From Klebsormidium nitens (Eukaryota > Plantae > Klebsormidiophyceae), in assembly GCA_000708835.1 (NCBI GenBank), contig DF237332.1:1-64000 (forward strand): a stretch of DNA of 64,000 nucleotides, in the 5' to 3' direction. Below the pieces are notes generated by a model that saw only the letters and a program-made list of their open reading frames with translations, was not told the origin of the DNA and did not search any database. This document shows, piece by piece, positions 62,342 through 64,000 of this stretch. Every line of letters starts with the position of its first letter. Position 1 is the first letter of the stretch. The translations under genes were made by a program, and so were the position numbers.

Positions 62342-63776
62342 ACAGCTGCTACTGCATCAGGACGCAGCCATTTTTGATCTGTATCTACATAGGACGGTAG
62401 GATAAAAGAGAGGGTCACTGACGCGTTTATCTAAGCTCCCATGTGTTGTATGTTGAAGTCTCGCTCAAACACTAAAGCCATGGGTGCATGGTTTCTCAAG
62501 CGAGCCATCAGATTCCCCTTGAGTAACCACCGGGTCAACAATCCATCCACAATGATCCCTAGCTGTCCAGTCCAACACCAACCTTTGCATAAACGGCTTC
62601 AAATGGCAGAAAACGTCCTCAGATGTACCCTGTTCCACCACGTTTGATCTCTTACCGTTGACCTATGAATAGGCTGCTTCATCGATTGCGTGCCTGCCGC
62701 ACCGGAAGTGTCGTCTAGGTAAGAGGCCGGAAACCAACCAGAGCCCTGCCGTCAATGCACATGCATGCAGATTACCAAATTGTGACAGAAACGTTTGGCA
62801 ATCAGTGCATGGCACATCTGGCGCCCGGTCATTGTTGGCTTATGTACGTATGTTGGCCGGAATACATGCATCGATCATGTTGGACGCGACGCACGCGCAG
62901 CCTGGCTTGGATATCATATAGAGACATGGCAGCTATATCTAACATACATACAAGGCCGCCGACTCTGCATATGTCTGCAGTGAATTATATTGTTGGTCGC
63001 CACAAAGTGGTGACAATCGCAAGCATAATATTGGTGAGGAGCTGCATGGCCCCGGCCATGCACCAGGCGTCCATGAATACTGTAAGTACATACCAGCCTA
63101 GATACATACGGTGCGACTCAGACGGTTCACGGCTTCGACAAGTTTGAACATGTGCGTGCCAGACTATGCAGTCCTGCGACATGTTCGCATCCATGCGCAT
63201 GCAAGCGCGGGCCAGCAGGCCTACTTTTCTACACGCGCTCTGCAGGTTATTCTAGTCAAAGTGGCGCTCAGACTGGGCAATCGTTCGAGCCGCCTGGCCT
63301 TGGTTGGGATAAGACCTCGCTAACAACAGCTCCGGTCTGATTGAAGCCGCCTCTTGGATATCTTGTGAGCATTACGTTGAAAGTGCCAAGGTGAGTGTTG
63401 ACAGTGTGACAAACTCTACCACTACATACGTCGTGAACAAGACCCTTTCAATTTTGGAACAGTAACCACCTTTGCCGATGCTCAAAGAATCTGCCCGTTC
63501 GTAAATAAGTGGACCTAGATTGTTGCAAATGACTCTCGCATCGCCAGGCAGAGCGCCAAGCCCGCTGCCCCTTCTCCTTATCTCAGCTGGTTCTGAATCT
63601 CATTAGAGAGAAGTCGGCTTCTTACGACATCTCGTCTTAATCAAAAGTGTGTGTATGTACCGCCACATTGCTCAAGCGGGTATGAAAAAGAATCAAAAGC
63701 GACCTGCAATGGCTTACAGTTTCTCAATGAATCATACCAAACAGGGTGACCGTTTTCCAGCGGGTGAACCAAGATG

Positions 63777-63938
63777 CTAGACAACTGCGAACCGGCTCTG
63801 CGGGTACCACAACGCCACTAGCAGGCCCACAGCCGCTCCACCCAAGACTTGGAGTGGCGTGTGACCCAGCAACTCCTTCAACTTTATTTCGCCGACTGGG
63901 TGGCCTTCGTACATGTCTTCAATCATCCGGTTCAAAAC
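63777..63938 (-). CDS. Last exon of a DUF212 (acid phosphatase / vanadium-dependent haloperoxidase-related, divergent PAP2) gene continuing beyond the window
   Basis: After the acceptor ttctcttcag the exon translates as VLNRMIEDMYEGHPVGEIKLKELLGHTPLQVLGGAAVGLLVALWYPQSRFAVV*. LKELLGHTPxQV is the DUF212 C-terminal signature. Not present in the supplied ORF track. Confidence 0.8.
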   Translation of the reverse strand, partial: VLNRMIEDMYEGHPVGEIKLKELLGHTPLQVLGGAAVGLLVALWYPQSRFAVV

Positions 63939-64000
63939 CTGAAGAGAAACAGCAGGCCTTCAGTCCCTGCACGGCTACTCAAAGATTTTGATGCTTCTTC

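Overview
Eukaryotic, intron-rich DNA with GC-rich exons and GT-AG introns. The gene content (PHR2, DRP4/Mx-like dynamin, a plastid-type membrane protein) points to a streptophyte green alga such as Klebsormidium; this is an inference. Bases 1-10.2 kb are a decayed Ty3/Gypsy LTR retrotransposon (gag, protease, RT-RNase H, integrase) with an unexplained long RNase H-integrase insert, a large extra sense ORF after pol, and two N-gaps. At 11.5-14.4 kb lies a disrupted partial tandem copy of the 3' end of the next gene. That gene (15.1-31.9 kb, minus strand) has 14 exons encoding a ~3,500-aa mostly disordered protein with several short-motif arrays and repeated tandem duplications of splice acceptors. 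At 33.7-40.5 kb (+) an 11-exon, 740-aa frame fuses a degenerate Toc34-like GTPase domain to photolyase-like PHR2, which is the most striking observation. At 42.2-46.7 kb (-) an Mx/DRP4-like dynamin has intact splicing but two in-frame TGA codons and a Cys/His insert in the loop-L4 region. The rest holds a GOST-family 7TM gene (51.4-58.9 kb, -), a small plastid-type membrane protein gene (60.9-62.3 kb, +) and the last exon of a DUF212 gene at the right edge. All exon models were built by hand from splice sites and phase matching. Family assignments come from remembered motifs, with no database search.
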